Source: Coprothermobacterota bacterium | Lineage (GTDB): Bacteria > Coprothermobacterota > Coprothermobacteria > Coprothermobacterales > Coprothermobacteraceae | Assembly (NCBI GenBank): GCA_036679065.1 | Contig: JAZIGN010000003.1 | Coordinates: 96,001-160,000 of the forward strand | Length of the DNA stretch: 64,000 nt | Reading direction: 5' to 3' | Shown here: positions 53,989 to 64,000 of the stretch, piece after piece | How the letters are laid out: each line of letters begins with the position of its first letter | Numbering within the stretch: the first letter of the stretch is position 1 | Made by a program: the position numbers and the translations under genes | Notes under the pieces: generated by a model | Told to the model about the DNA's origin: nothing | What the model saw: only the letters and a program-made list of their open reading frames with translations | Database searches by the model: none

Positions 53989-55536
53989 TCAGTATCCCAC
54001 AAAGTAAAGCTGTTCAATGTTAATGGAATTAATGTTATAGCCCTTTAGTCGCTCATCGAGTGCTTTATAAGAAGTAGGAGTTGGCAGAAAAGCAGCAGGT
54101 GGATCCTTGAGCATTATGTCACAGATTTCTCTGTAAAGCTCTGCTCTGTTATTTTCATCTAATTCCGTCTGCGCTGCTTCCAAGTATTTGTCCACCGATG
54201 AATTCTCATATTTAAAAAAGTTCAAAGGGCTCTTGCTGTAAAAAAGCGGTGTTAACATGTTGTCCGCCTGTCCATTGTCACTGCTCCAACCTAGTACAAA
54301 TGCTTCCGTGGCTTTGCCCTCCATGAGGTCATTTAGCAGACTTTCGAAGGGTTTGTAAACAAAGGTGATCTTCACTAATCCAGTACTTTCATAAACCCCT
54401 TTTAAGCCCTCACCTAATTTCACACCACCGCTGGGCATGTAATCACGCGGCTCAAGCGGCACTTCCACAGTCAAGTTAAGAGGGCGCTCTTTGCTGTAAC
54501 CAGCTTCTCGGAGCAGTCTCGTACCTACCTCACGATTAGGCGATAGGTATCGGCACCCGATTTCCTTTTCCAATGCAGGTGGAAGAGGGCCTTGGCTACG
54601 CAAAGCAAAACCCTTGTAAACCTGTTTAATCAGGTAATCTTGATCAAGCAGTAACACCAACGACTGTCTGACCTTGGCATCAGCCAATACGGCCGATTTA
54701 GTATTAAAACCCAAAAAGGACGTAGTCAGCAGATGAGTTTCCACCAGCCTAACGTTTGCCTCCGCATTAAGCGATTCAACTAGCTCGGGAGGAACATAGC
54801 TCAGAATGTGAACCTTCCCCTGGCGGAGTAGATTTACTGCTTCTTCGGGGTCGTCCACAACCAAGTAGCGGATGCTCTTGAAGCCCACGCCATCAGTCAG
54901 CTTGCCCTGCCACCAATTGCTGTTGTACTCCAGCGTTATCGCTTTATTTCTAACCCAATCTGCTAGTTTATAAGGACCAGTGCCTATGGGATTGTTTTTT
55001 AGATCGGTGGCGTTAGGTGAAACCATACTGCCGCCAAAAGGCAGTGCTAAATTGGTGAGGAAATCTGCCCTGGGCTCTTTCAAAGTAAAACGCACAACGT
55101 GGCTGCCAAGCTTTTGTACGTCTTTAACGCTTCCCCACACCAAGCTGGCATAGTAGGAAGTATCAGCTTTTTCCATGCCTCGCCTTGCATTCCAAATCAC
55201 CGCATCAGCATCAAAAGGTGCACCATCTTGGAACTGAACGTTTTTCTGGAGATAAAAGGTGAAAACCAGACCATCATCGCTCACCTCGTAGTAACTCGCT
55301 AAACAGGGCTCAACTTCCAATGAAGAAGGCCGAAACTTCATCAGTCCTTCATAAATCTGACTCATCACATTCCACGAGTTTATATCCGTTGCTTCCAAAG
55401 GGTCCATGTTAACTGCATCGTCGGACAGTGCGTAGACTAAAGTACTAGAGTGAGCGTTAACAAGAAGATACGCCGATAAGAACAATAGAATGGCAACAAC
55501 GGCACCCAACCACAAGTAACTTCTTCTATTCTTCAT
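53989..55536 (-). CDS. Family-5 ABC solute-binding protein (DppA-like, TM-anchored)
   Basis: MDP, IYEGL, PCLA, FQDGAPFDADAV and PIGTGPYK. Confidence 0.92.
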   Translation of the reverse strand: MKNRRSYLWLGAVVAILLFLSAYLLVNAHSSTLVYALSDDAVNMDPLEATDINSWNVMSQIYEGLMKFRPSSLEVEPCLASYYEVSDDGLVFTFYLQKNVQFQDGAPFDADAVIWNARRGMEKADTSYYASLVWGSVKDVQKLGSHVVRFTLKEPRADFLTNLALPFGGSMVSPNATDLKNNPIGTGPYKLADWVRNKAITLEYNSNWWQGKLTDGVGFKSIRYLVVDDPEEAVNLLRQGKVHILSYVPPELVESLNAEANVRLVETHLLTTSFLGFNTKSAVLADAKVRQSLVLLLDQDYLIKQVYKGFALRSQGPLPPALEKEIGCRYLSPNREVGTRLLREAGYSKERPLNLTVEVPLEPRDYMPSGGVKLGEGLKGVYESTGLVKITFVYKPFESLLNDLMEGKATEAFVLGWSSDNGQADNMLTPLFYSKSPLNFFKYENSSVDKYLEAAQTELDENNRAELYREICDIMLKDPPAAFLPTPTSYKALDERLKGYNINSINIEQLYFVGY

Positions 55537-55595
55537 TACTTATTTATATACCCAAATGTCGCACGATGATGCACTTCTGTAGCCGTTTTTGATAA

Positions 55596-56252
55596 TCATT
55601 GACTTTTATGCGATGGTTTGTAGTTCTTAAGAATGTCCAAGACCTGTTCATCACTGAGTGAGCTTACACCCAAGCCACCCATAATAACATTGCCAGCAAC
55701 TACCATCTTTGCCGCTTCTTCCAGAATCTCTATTCTGGCATAAGCTTCAGTAAGAGATTGCCCCCAAGCAAACACACCGTGGTTTTTAACAACCACAGCA
55801 TGGCATGTTGTGCCTGCTAAAGTGGAAATGGCCTGAGCAAGTTCTTCACCTAAACAAAAACTGATCACACTGGGTTTACCCACTAACAGGGCTTGTTCAG
55901 GGGTATAAACGCCAAAATCAAAACCAGCACTGCACAGCCCAACTAATGTTGGCGGGTGAGCATGCACCACGGCACGCACCGCTGGGTTTGCCCTGTATAT
56001 GCTCATGTGCGTTCTTAGCTCGCTTGACGGTTTCCCTTCGCCCAATACACCGCCTGACAAGAAATCCACTTTTACTAAGTCTTCTTCTTTGAGATTCTCT
56101 TTGTTGAAGCCCGAGGGCGTTATCAAAACGGCATTATGGTCATCCAGCACCATACTGGCATTACCACCATAAACAGAAATAAGCCCACGGCTGTAGAGCT
56201 TTTTCATAACATCAGCCAATGTTTGTCTTGCCAACTGTTCTCTGTGGTTCAT
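55596..56252 (-). CDS. Class II aldolase/adducin family protein
   Basis: GGNAS, ITPSG, PSSE..TH, VHAHP and KNHGV. Confidence 0.92.
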   Translation of the reverse strand: MNHREQLARQTLADVMKKLYSRGLISVYGGNASMVLDDHNAVLITPSGFNKENLKEEDLVKVDFLSGGVLGEGKPSSELRTHMSIYRANPAVRAVVHAHPPTLVGLCSAGFDFGVYTPEQALLVGKPSVISFCLGEELAQAISTLAGTTCHAVVVKNHGVFAWGQSLTEAYARIEILEEAAKMVVAGNVIMGGLGVSSLSDEQVLDILKNYKPSHKSQ

Positions 56253-56342
56253 AAAAGCATGTCACCTCCTGTGGGTAACTCCTACAATTTTAAGCGCTGC
56301 TTTGAATGAACTGGGAAGTTTTCTCTTAAGCGTGGGAAACAG

Positions 56343-57155
56343 CTAAAAATCGGTTCTTTTTATCATGTAACCGCCTGCAAGGTAACATGCTATGCCGACA
56401 AGAAATAAATAAATTAAAGATGTGGATAGATTAATAACTCGGCTTGAGAAAGAAGAAAAATAAGACCCGTAAAATAGCCGTGGAATTAAATCGATGGAGA
56501 AAATGAAGTTATTTGTCTGCCAAAACATTGACAAGAATATCCACACGAATGGAATAAGCAATGCCACATACCCTTGACGGACAACTATGGATATGGTCAC
56601 AGGGATCATCATAAAGATAGCCGAACTAAAAGCAGAATAAAATATCATCTTAGCTGACAGTACAAAAGGTGTTGCACCAGCAGGAAACTTTAACGTGCCT
56701 ACGCCAGCATTAAATTCAGAACCCCGTGTAGCGTATTCACTGAAATTTCCTGCATACGGAAGCTGCATCGCACAGATGGCAAAAACAACCAGAAAACCGA
56801 TTATAAAATAAATAAGAGCAGCACTGAATAGACTCAGTACTTTTGCTGTCCACCAGCGCAGCCGGCTGTTTGTTCGCGGTAATACCAGCCAAGACCAATT
56901 ACTGCTGGTATCCTGGACTAATGTATCTGCAGTAAGAAAAACAAATACCAGTAAGATGATAAAGCGAAAATACAGCCAATCTGCCATGGTACCGAATACA
57001 CCGTCCCAAACGTTCGTTTGCACATTGTAAGCTCTAAAATACGGTAAGAGATTAGCAAGAGCAAGAAGGGTAGCTAATGCAAACGCAGGAAACACCGCAA
57101 GAAAACGCTTGCACCATACCAACCTGAGCGTTTCATTCCACCAAAGTCTTATCAT
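56343..57155 (-). CDS. ABC-2-type exporter permease
   Basis: About six TM helices and SRLRWWTAK; translationally coupled to the ATPase gene. Confidence 0.75.
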   Translation of the reverse strand: MIRLWWNETLRLVWCKRFLAVFPAFALATLLALANLLPYFRAYNVQTNVWDGVFGTMADWLYFRFIILLVFVFLTADTLVQDTSSNWSWLVLPRTNSRLRWWTAKVLSLFSAALIYFIIGFLVVFAICAMQLPYAGNFSEYATRGSEFNAGVGTLKFPAGATPFVLSAKMIFYSAFSSAIFMMIPVTISIVVRQGYVALLIPFVWIFLSMFWQTNNFIFSIDLIPRLFYGSYFSSFSSRVINLSTSLIYLFLVGIACYLAGGYMIKRTDF

Positions 57156-58048
57156 CGGTAGACCCCCCCTTCCAGCTGTGCGCACTCCAAGAAAACAGCC
57201 TCTAAGTTCGGCCCCACGTGGCTGATGCTCTCGATGGCAACTCCAGCGGATTGCAGCTCCGCTATAACCTGCGGAACCGCCATTTTAGTGTTCAATATCC
57301 CACGGGGCAAGCCTTTATTAGGCGTTAGTTTTTCCAGCTCAATATGGGCAGACTCAGCCCATCGCTTTAAAGTGCCCCAATCATCTGCAGTGCTCACACT
57401 CACTTCGATGGAAGTTTGTTCAGTGGACCGAAGGTTTACCTGGCGCAAAATTTTTCCGCCATTGATGATTGCCACACAGTCGCACATACGCTCTATTTCA
57501 TTAAGTAAATGGCTGGCAATGATGATGCCCGTACCAGCTTGAGCCAGCTCAGAAAGCAGCATCCGCAGATCAATGATGCCCAGTGGATCGAGAGCGTTGG
57601 TAGGCTCATCCAACAACAGAAGCTTCGGACGTTCCATGATAGCTTGAGCAAGCATGAGCCTTTGTTTCATACCCAAAGAATAGTTTCTGACTGCTGTCTT
57701 GTTGTCAGGATCAAGACCGACGCGCCTCAGTGTCTGTTTAATCTCACTTGTGCCAATTTTGCCTCTTATGGAAGATAACATACGAAGATTCTGCAAGGCA
57801 TTCATATCGCCGAGTAATGCCGCTTGCTCAGGCACAACACCTATGCCAGCAGATTTATCAAACAAAACAGAGCCGCTGGTTGCCCTTACAACGCCGGAAA
57901 CAATTTTAAGCAAGGTGGTTTTGCCTGCGCCATTTGGACCTATGAGGCCTAAGATCTCTCCTTCACTTACGGATAAACTTACGTCCTGCAGGATGACCTT
58001 TTGCTTCACCCTCTTTGTCAGCGATTTTACTTGCAATACCTCATTCAT
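57152..58048 (-). CDS. ABC exporter ATP-binding protein
   Basis: GPNGAGKT, YSLGMKQR, LLLDEPTN and ASH. Confidence 0.95.
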   Translation of the reverse strand: MNEVLQVKSLTKRVKQKVILQDVSLSVSEGEILGLIGPNGAGKTTLLKIVSGVVRATSGSVLFDKSAGIGVVPEQAALLGDMNALQNLRMLSSIRGKIGTSEIKQTLRRVGLDPDNKTAVRNYSLGMKQRLMLAQAIMERPKLLLLDEPTNALDPLGIIDLRMLLSELAQAGTGIIIASHLLNEIERMCDCVAIINGGKILRQVNLRSTEQTSIEVSVSTADDWGTLKRWAESAHIELEKLTPNKGLPRGILNTKMAVPQVIAELQSAGVAIESISHVGPNLEAVFLECAQLEGGVYR

Positions 58049-58060
58049 TTCCTCAGCTCC

Positions 58061-58828
58061 TTACATGTAATCCTTTTTAAGGCTAAAGGCAGCAATGGCA
58101 AGCACATGCGTAACTAAGGCTATTACAGCCCAATAACAAACCATATGTAGTATCGATACCGGAATAGAAACGTCTGTAAGCGCCAGGTTGGCGTAGGGGT
58201 CTAATAAATTAACTTTAGTCGGGCCCATTCTCATTACATAGGTCAGCCCCATGTAAAGCAAAGTAGGTGCAGCCATTACGACGAATGTATTTTTGACCCA
58301 AACTGAAGTTAGCAGTGCAATTCCATTGAAAGCCACTGCAGCAGCCATAAAAAGCAACGCAATGAGAAAACAGTATGTAACAGGCTCATCGTAGGCAAAC
58401 GCTTCAGAATAACGCTGAGCGCCTATGTAAATTGTTCCCATGGGGAAAAAAGGAAGCAAAGCAACAAAAAAAACAACCAACGTAATGCCGATAAAACACA
58501 TTTGACCTAAAGCACTAGTAATCACTTTTGATGTAACGTACTCAAAGGCAGAAACACCTCTCGAGAAAATGAGCGAAAGTAGTCCTGAGCGGCTGTCCGC
58601 CACCAGAGCGCCTCCAGTAAAGAATCCTGCTACAGGCGCAAGAAGCAAGGACATTATTGAACTGGTAGAAAAGCTAAAAACATCAAAGATCGTTCTTTTA
58701 GGGGTACTTATTCCAAGGTATTCAACAACGCCTGTAAATAGTGCCACTAGTAAAACTACGCCCAAAAACAGCGATGTACGCCTTTTTAGCAGTCTGTTTA
58801 TTTCAAACTTGATCATCTCTACAAGCAA
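58061..58828 (-). CDS. ABC-2-type exporter permease
   Basis: IKFEINRL, D..SG....FSRG.S...Y..SK and about six TM helices. SD GAGGGGG precedes TTG 58828. Confidence 0.75.
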   Translation of the reverse strand: MLVEMIKFEINRLLKRRTSLFLGVVLLVALFTGVVEYLGISTPKRTIFDVFSFSTSSIMSLLLAPVAGFFTGGALVADSRSGLLSLIFSRGVSAFEYVTSKVITSALGQMCFIGITLVVFFVALLPFFPMGTIYIGAQRYSEAFAYDEPVTYCFLIALLFMAAAVAFNGIALLTSVWVKNTFVVMAAPTLLYMGLTYVMRMGPTKVNLLDPYANLALTDVSIPVSILHMVCYWAVIALVTHVLAIAAFSLKKDYM

Positions 58829-58958
58829 ACTTATATCCCCCTCGTTTTTATGGTTAAGTCCCATCTCATTAAGCGAAGAGCGGCCGCCCCACCGCTTAAA
58901 GGTTATTCTAACATATGAAAAGAAGCACCATGACATATATGGTACAAACTCCGACGGT

Positions 58959-59300
58959 GCCCACAATCTTTAGTGATCTGCCCCACTGGTAAATCACATA
59001 CGCCAGACTGAGAGCTTTCTTGCAGATAAGCCTTGGTAAAAACCGTGAGGAACCCTTTCACGTATCTAAGGAATGAATAGCGTAGCTAAAACAACGCCGC
59101 CTGCTACCACTAAAGCTTAGAAAATGCTCTGGGACACCACCGCTGAAAAAACCCAAAAGCTGAAGCCAACGGACCACCCCTAGCATAAGTAAGCAGCTGA
59201 ACTACCAAATAAGGAAACACAAAGTCCATATGATGCGCTAAAACCACGTTTTTGACATGAGCAAAAGGCTAAGCGCCATCAAAATGTGGTGGAGAACGGA
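58959..59300 (-). pseudogene. Decayed internal fragment of an O-antigen-ligase-like gene (paralog of 61639..62886)
   Basis: Minus-strand translation across stops and frameshifts gives ILMALSLLL, QLLTYARGGPLASAFG, AYLQESSQ and IYQWGRSLKIVG. The intact gene has ILVALGLLL, QLLTYARGGLLASAFG, AYVQESSQ and IYQWGRALENVG. Confidence 0.85.
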
Positions 59301-59394
59301 ACATTTCATCCCTACTGAAAAACACTTTCAACCCATCGAATGACCAGAAGAAACAGCATTTTACCAAACACAAAAGTCCTGTGCCACATTAATG

Positions 59395-59438
59395 AGCAAG
59401 AAGGAGGCACTCCACCTCTTTGCCTCCTTCTTGCTTTC
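59395..59438. terminator. Strong stem-loop downstream of the MCP gene
   Basis: 15-bp perfect stem AGCAAGAAGGAGGCA / TGCCTCCTTCTTGCT. Confidence 0.75.
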
Positions 59439-59466
59439 ACGCCCTTCCATGCAAGCGAAGTTTCTT

Positions 59467-61461
59467 TTATATCTTGAACTTATCCACTTCTTCTTTGAGC
59501 TGTTCAGCTAACTGTTCTAATGAAGAAATCTCCTGCGCAATTTGGTATACACCCTGGGACTGCTGCTTCAGGGCATCACTGAACTGACGCACCTGCTCGG
59601 CAATACTTCTAACAGGTTCTACGGCATTATCCACCGCAGCATTCAATTCCTCAGTGGAGGCGCTGAGTTCCTCAGCACTTGCAGCAAAACCTTCTGCAGT
59701 ACTGGCAATTTTACCCACGCTGTCCAGAATAGCGCTGAATTTTTGCTGGGCTTGCTTTGTCCTTTCGTAGGCAGACTTTACCACGTTCAATGTGTTCTTC
59801 ATAGAACCGCTGGCTTCAGCTGTTCTGTTTTGAATCCCACCAAGTATGTCAGCAATGCTCTGAGTAGCCTCTTGACTCTTTTCCGCCAGCTTCCTTATCT
59901 CGTCAGCTACTACGGCAAAACCGCGTCCTGCTTCACCGGCACGAGCAGCCTCTATGGCAGCATTCAAAGCCAACAGGCTGGTTTGCTCAGCAATTTGCTC
60001 AATTGTTTCCACAATGTTACTGATGCTGCTGGCATCCTTTGATAACTGCTCCATGATCGTGTTTGTTTTGTCAGTGTTTTTGTTAGCAATATCTACCACT
60101 TCTGCAACTTGCTCTAAGCTCTCGGCGCCTTCCTGAGCATTTGCCTTCACATTGGAGACTTCCGTGGCGAGCAGCTGTGCGTCAGTGGCAATGCTTTGAG
60201 CAGTGCTGGAAACCTGGTCCACACCGCCTGCAAAATCCTCAATGGCGTGGTAAGCCATTTCCGCATTCGTAGCGATTTCATTACTCTGCGCCGTTAATTC
60301 TTCCACAGAAGCACTGGTCTCCTGAGAAGTAGCTGCTAAGCTACCTGCAGACTCATTCACCCGATCTGCCGTTTGAGCAGCTGCCGCAATGAGTGCGTTC
60401 AAGCTTTCAACCATGTTGTTCACACCCTGTGCCATGCGGCCCAGCTCGTCACGTCCTTTCACAGGTGCTCGCACCGTTAAATCACCCTTGGCAATGGCTT
60501 CAATGGCACCACGCAGCTCAAGTAAGGGACGCAGGAACACGTTCTGCACAGCGAAGTAACCCAAAATCACTGTCAGTAGTAGTACACCCAGACCCACTAA
60601 TATGGTGGTGTTTATGACCTTTCTGACGGGGGCACTGATGACCGATGCTGGCATGGCACTCAAAAAATACCAGCCGCTGGGAAGCTGTTTAACGAAACCA
60701 ATACGCTTAGATCCCTTCAAGGTGTAACTGACCATGTTTCCCTTGGTAGCAGCACTCTTCATGTCTTTCCAAAAAGCTTCTTTGGATAGGTCTGTACCAG
60801 CACTGACAAAGGAACCACTCCCAGAAAGCATGACTACGCCATCACGGCTGAGCAAGTACTTGGAAATGTTATTTGTGAACGCCAGCATTTGACTGGCAAC
60901 TTTGTTTGCCTCAATGTCAATACCCACCACACCCACATAATCGCCCATACTGTAAATGGCTTTTGCTACTGTGATTACTTGTGTTTGGTTTACTGGCTCG
61001 TTGTAAGGTTCTACCACCACAAAATCCGTGGGGTTTGCCATGGCTCTTTGGTACCACACTGTGCTGGTAGCATCGTACTCAGGAGGCAGGGACGTCATGG
61101 GCTCCATAATGACTAGACCAGTATTAGAAGCTGCATACACGTTAAGAATGTCTGGGTACTGCTTCCTAATGGCATCAAAAAGCATCCTCACATCGGACTG
61201 GACCATCACGTCATCGGTGGAAGCTGCCATGATAACCTGATTAGTATTAGCTAAATAAGACGCCAAGTTGCCGTAGTTCTTCAAAAAATCCCAAATGGCT
61301 CTAGAATCTGATTCCGTTTGCGTTTTTAGCTGCTGACCAACTAAGTTTTCAAAGTCGCCACTGATGCGGTAAGCTTCAATACCCCCTAAGCCCAGTACCG
61401 TTAAGAATACAAGCACAATCATAACTACTGTAATCTTCACTCTTAAGGATTGATTACTCAC
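59467..61461 (-). CDS. Methyl-accepting chemotaxis protein (dCache-HAMP-MA)
   Basis: Two TM helices, dCache-like YDA..VWYQRA and EPY, HAMP (DELGRMA), and [37 protein letters not shown]. Confidence 0.96.
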   Translation of the reverse strand: MSNQSLRVKITVVMIVLVFLTVLGLGGIEAYRISGDFENLVGQQLKTQTESDSRAIWDFLKNYGNLASYLANTNQVIMAASTDDVMVQSDVRMLFDAIRKQYPDILNVYAASNTGLVIMEPMTSLPPEYDATSTVWYQRAMANPTDFVVVEPYNEPVNQTQVITVAKAIYSMGDYVGVVGIDIEANKVASQMLAFTNNISKYLLSRDGVVMLSGSGSFVSAGTDLSKEAFWKDMKSAATKGNMVSYTLKGSKRIGFVKQLPSGWYFLSAMPASVISAPVRKVINTTILVGLGVLLLTVILGYFAVQNVFLRPLLELRGAIEAIAKGDLTVRAPVKGRDELGRMAQGVNNMVESLNALIAAAAQTADRVNESAGSLAATSQETSASVEELTAQSNEIATNAEMAYHAIEDFAGGVDQVSSTAQSIATDAQLLATEVSNVKANAQEGAESLEQVAEVVDIANKNTDKTNTIMEQLSKDASSISNIVETIEQIAEQTSLLALNAAIEAARAGEAGRGFAVVADEIRKLAEKSQEATQSIADILGGIQNRTAEASGSMKNTLNVVKSAYERTKQAQQKFSAILDSVGKIASTAEGFAASAEELSASTEELNAAVDNAVEPVRSIAEQVRQFSDALKQQSQGVYQIAQEISSLEQLAEQLKEEVDKFKI

Positions 61462-61638
61462 GTCCCGTATCCCTCCCTCTGCTGCTTTACTGTCATTGAG
61501 CGTACCCGTCTCTACTTAACCAGCTTAAGCCGAGAGCGCTCCCCAAAACCTTGATCATGCACAATGCTTTGAAGTGCATCACACACCACCACCAAAGCCT
61601 TATGCACGACCGTTAAAGCCTTATTCATTAGTAATATT

Positions 61639-62886
61639 CTAAAGCACCATGGCCAGTGGGAATACCCAACTGAGCACGTAAAAGTAATCGAAGACGTTGT
61701 CGGTGAGGCCGTGGAAAGCCCAAGCAGAAACGGCACCAAGCACGCAAGCGAGCAGTAGTTTAACCCTTTTATCCTCCGTATTAAGTACTTTCTTCAAGCC
61801 TTCCAGTAGCGTGCTCACCACAAAATAAACGAAACTCACCACACCCAAAAGCCCATATTCGGCCATAATGGCGTAGTAGGCACTGTCAATGCGCAGGGCC
61901 CCATGGAGCCCCAAGTTGATTGAAGACTGGGTACCAAAGGTGCCAGGGCCCGTACCAATTAGCAGCTGCCTAATACCTTTGAAACCGCCTAATATGCCCA
62001 CATTTTCCAATGCCCTACCCCACTGGTAAATTCTGCCTCCAGGTTGTGAGCTTTCCTGAACATAAGCCCACGAAAATGCAGTGAGCAGTCTATCGCGCAG
62101 CTGAGGAATGGTTAAAGCACCTATGACCGCCGCCGCAGCCGCCACGCAAGCCCATACAAGGCTCTCCACTGCAAGCGCCACAAAAATCCCAAAAGCGGAA
62201 GCCAACAAACCGCCCCGAGCATAGGTAAGCAGCTGAGCTAACAAAAAGCCCAAAAAGCTTAACCCCCAAACAAAACGTTCAATCCAACCACTCGAAGTGA
62301 GCAAAAGCCCCAGTGCCACCAAAATGGAAATGTCCACAAATATGCTGTAGTAAGTGGGAATGGAGAAAATGGACCACACCCTGATAATGGTGCGATCGGT
62401 ATCAAGCTCCGTATCCAGCCACTCGGACTGAGGAGCCTGCTTAGTTAACACTTGGTAACCAGCCACACCACCCATGAGCAAACCACTAATAGTTATGTAA
62501 ATCAGCAACCTCCTAAGTTTTGCGTAGTCCCAGTCCACAGCTGAGGCAAAAAGCATGATGCCAAATGGACCAACCACACGTCGCAGTGTCTCCTTGAAAA
62601 TGAGCAGAGGCACACCGTTAATGGCACTACTCCAAAAGTAAACCAGCATGAACGGTGCGAAGCGCATAACCTTTTCCCAGCGAATGTGTCGGTAATCGAT
62701 TACAGCAAACACGCAAACAAAATACAGAATGTCAAACCAGTAGGATTTACTGGGTGTAATGGTGTCAGCCAACCTACCGTACCATGGGTAAAAAGCAAAA
62801 GTAAGAAGAGTGAACTCCTCTAAATACCGCCTAATTGGAGTTTGCTTTGTTTCCAGAGCCGGATTCGTTGTCTTCTGGTTGCTCAA
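61639..62886 (-). CDS. O-antigen ligase/Wzy_C-family membrane protein
   Basis: Multi-TM protein with RVWSIF..P, LTYARGG, GTGPGTF, IDSAY...AEYGLLG and HGLTD. Confidence 0.82.
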   Translation of the reverse strand: MSNQKTTNPALETKQTPIRRYLEEFTLLTFAFYPWYGRLADTITPSKSYWFDILYFVCVFAVIDYRHIRWEKVMRFAPFMLVYFWSSAINGVPLLIFKETLRRVVGPFGIMLFASAVDWDYAKLRRLLIYITISGLLMGGVAGYQVLTKQAPQSEWLDTELDTDRTIIRVWSIFSIPTYYSIFVDISILVALGLLLTSSGWIERFVWGLSFLGFLLAQLLTYARGGLLASAFGIFVALAVESLVWACVAAAAAVIGALTIPQLRDRLLTAFSWAYVQESSQPGGRIYQWGRALENVGILGGFKGIRQLLIGTGPGTFGTQSSINLGLHGALRIDSAYYAIMAEYGLLGVVSFVYFVVSTLLEGLKKVLNTEDKRVKLLLACVLGAVSAWAFHGLTDNVFDYFYVLSWVFPLAMVL

Positions 62887-64000
62887 TCATATTCACCAAC
62901 CTTAATACCAAAGCTCCTGCTTCTTGAATGTTCTTATCACTTATGCACTCGATAGTATCTGTGAGCATGAGCTGGCTTTCCTCTTTACCTCTGAGCTGAC
63001 CCACCACAGAAAGTGAAGCACAGCCACGGAAGTTCAGAAAAGCTCCCAAACTGCGCCTGTAACTAAAATCCGTGAAATTGTTTATGCCAGCTTCGTTTGT
63101 AAGAAATGCCACCACCTGCTTGGGCATGCCAACAGCAGACCACAAACCGTGGCGCCTTGCTACTGCTACTGTGCCAGCGCCGGGCCTTTCCAAGGTGATA
63201 AAGAGCACATTCCTTGGTAGCTTGTAGCGGCGCTTGAAGGCATCAATGCCTGCACCACTAACGTTACCAGCGTCCACAAAAAGCATCCAGTGTGGAACAT
63301 TGTCAAGTAGGTCACTGATTTGCTTCAATACCAGCATGCCAGATCCATTATCCAAAGCACCCGGGTAAAAACGATGGAACAGCCCTTGGTAGACAAAATC
63401 CACCAGCTCCAGCAGAAGCACCACAGCCAGCACGAAGCCCACGTAAAGCCAAAACTTTATGGGAAAGTAAAAGCTTAACACCGAAGTGAAAGAAGACAGC
63501 ATCAAAGACAGATTAAGCCAAGCTGTGCGTCCTACACCCTCAGGGTCAAACCTGTCCCACAGACCCTCTACACGGCTATCCACGTTCACAACAAAAACAA
63601 CATGAGGAACGGAGTGATCCTTTTTCCCTTCGCTTTCATCTTTGTCTTCGTCTTCACGTTTAGGAATTTTCTTCAGCACCAAGTTCTGGCACCGGGTAAA
63701 ACTGAACAGCCTCGACCAGTTCACGTAACCGTTCTCTTCCCACAAAAGCAGTAAGGCGGGAATAACCACCAGTACCACAGACAAAAGCGGGTTGCGTTGA
63801 AGAAGGAAAAGCCCCGCCACTTCCAGCAAAAGCAGTGAGCCCCAAGACCACCCGGGGTGCTGAGGCGACTTAAAATCCACCGTCTCATGCTCGTAACCAG
63901 TAAAACACTGCTTCAGATGCTCCTGCAGTTTACGGGTTTGCTCAGAGCCAGGAGCCCTCACAGAAAATTCGGCTAACTTCTTTTTCAGATCCCGAAAATC
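62831..64000 (-). CDS. M28 peptidase-like membrane protein (start lies beyond the window edge)
   Basis: Frame is open to base 64000. Contains RAPGS, NLV, GALDNGSG and ITLE, with TM insertions. Confidence 0.7.
   Translation of the reverse strand, partial: DFRDLKKKLAEFSVRAPGSEQTRKLQEHLKQCFTGYEHETVDFKSPQHPGWSWGSLLLLEVAGLFLLQRNPLLSVVLVVIPALLLLWEENGYVNWSRLFSFTRCQNLVLKKIPKREDEDKDESEGKKDHSVPHVVFVVNVDSRVEGLWDRFDPEGVGRTAWLNLSLMLSSFTSVLSFYFPIKFWLYVGFVLAVVLLLELVDFVYQGLFHRFYPGALDNGSGMLVLKQISDLLDNVPHWMLFVDAGNVSGAGIDAFKRRYKLPRNVLFITLERPGAGTVAVARRHGLWSAVGMPKQVVAFLTNEAGINNFTDFSYRRSLGAFLNFRGCASLSVVGQLRGKEESQLMLTDTIECISDKNIQEAGALVLRLVNMIEQPEDNESGSGNKANSN

Overview
A 64 kb, gene-dense chromosomal segment from a thermophilic anaerobe. 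Gene content resembles Coprothermobacter (or Thermotogae/Caldiserica-like lineages); this is my impression and was not verified. Housekeeping genes include mnmE, ligA, gatCAB, guaAB, ahcY, bcp and queD-folE2. The main modules are: (i) an [FeFe]-hydrogenase maturation operon (TM1266-family gene, hydG, small ORF, hydE, hydF) lying in inverted orientation between a tungsten aldehyde oxidoreductase cassette (Moco/Wco riboswitch, aor, moaD) and its radical-SAM maturase; (ii) two paralogous ~1040-1050 aa STAND-like NTPase-TPR-GGDEF diguanylate cyclases; (iii) two tandem SLH-anchored family-5 ABC solute-binding proteins; (iv) two triads of minor (pseudo)pilins, an orphan cheW and an MCP; (v) four tandem small membrane paralogs followed by a PspC/ECF-sigma envelope-stress operon; (vi) an ABC exporter trio next to an unannotated pseudogene copy of an O-antigen-ligase-like gene. 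The best non-coding signals are a ~125-nt hyd leader with mutually exclusive anti-SD and anti-anti-SD helices (candidate new translational switch) and a recurring '-10 box + 6 nt + ATG' leaderless start architecture. I saw no CRISPR array, tRNA, rRNA, transposase or prophage.
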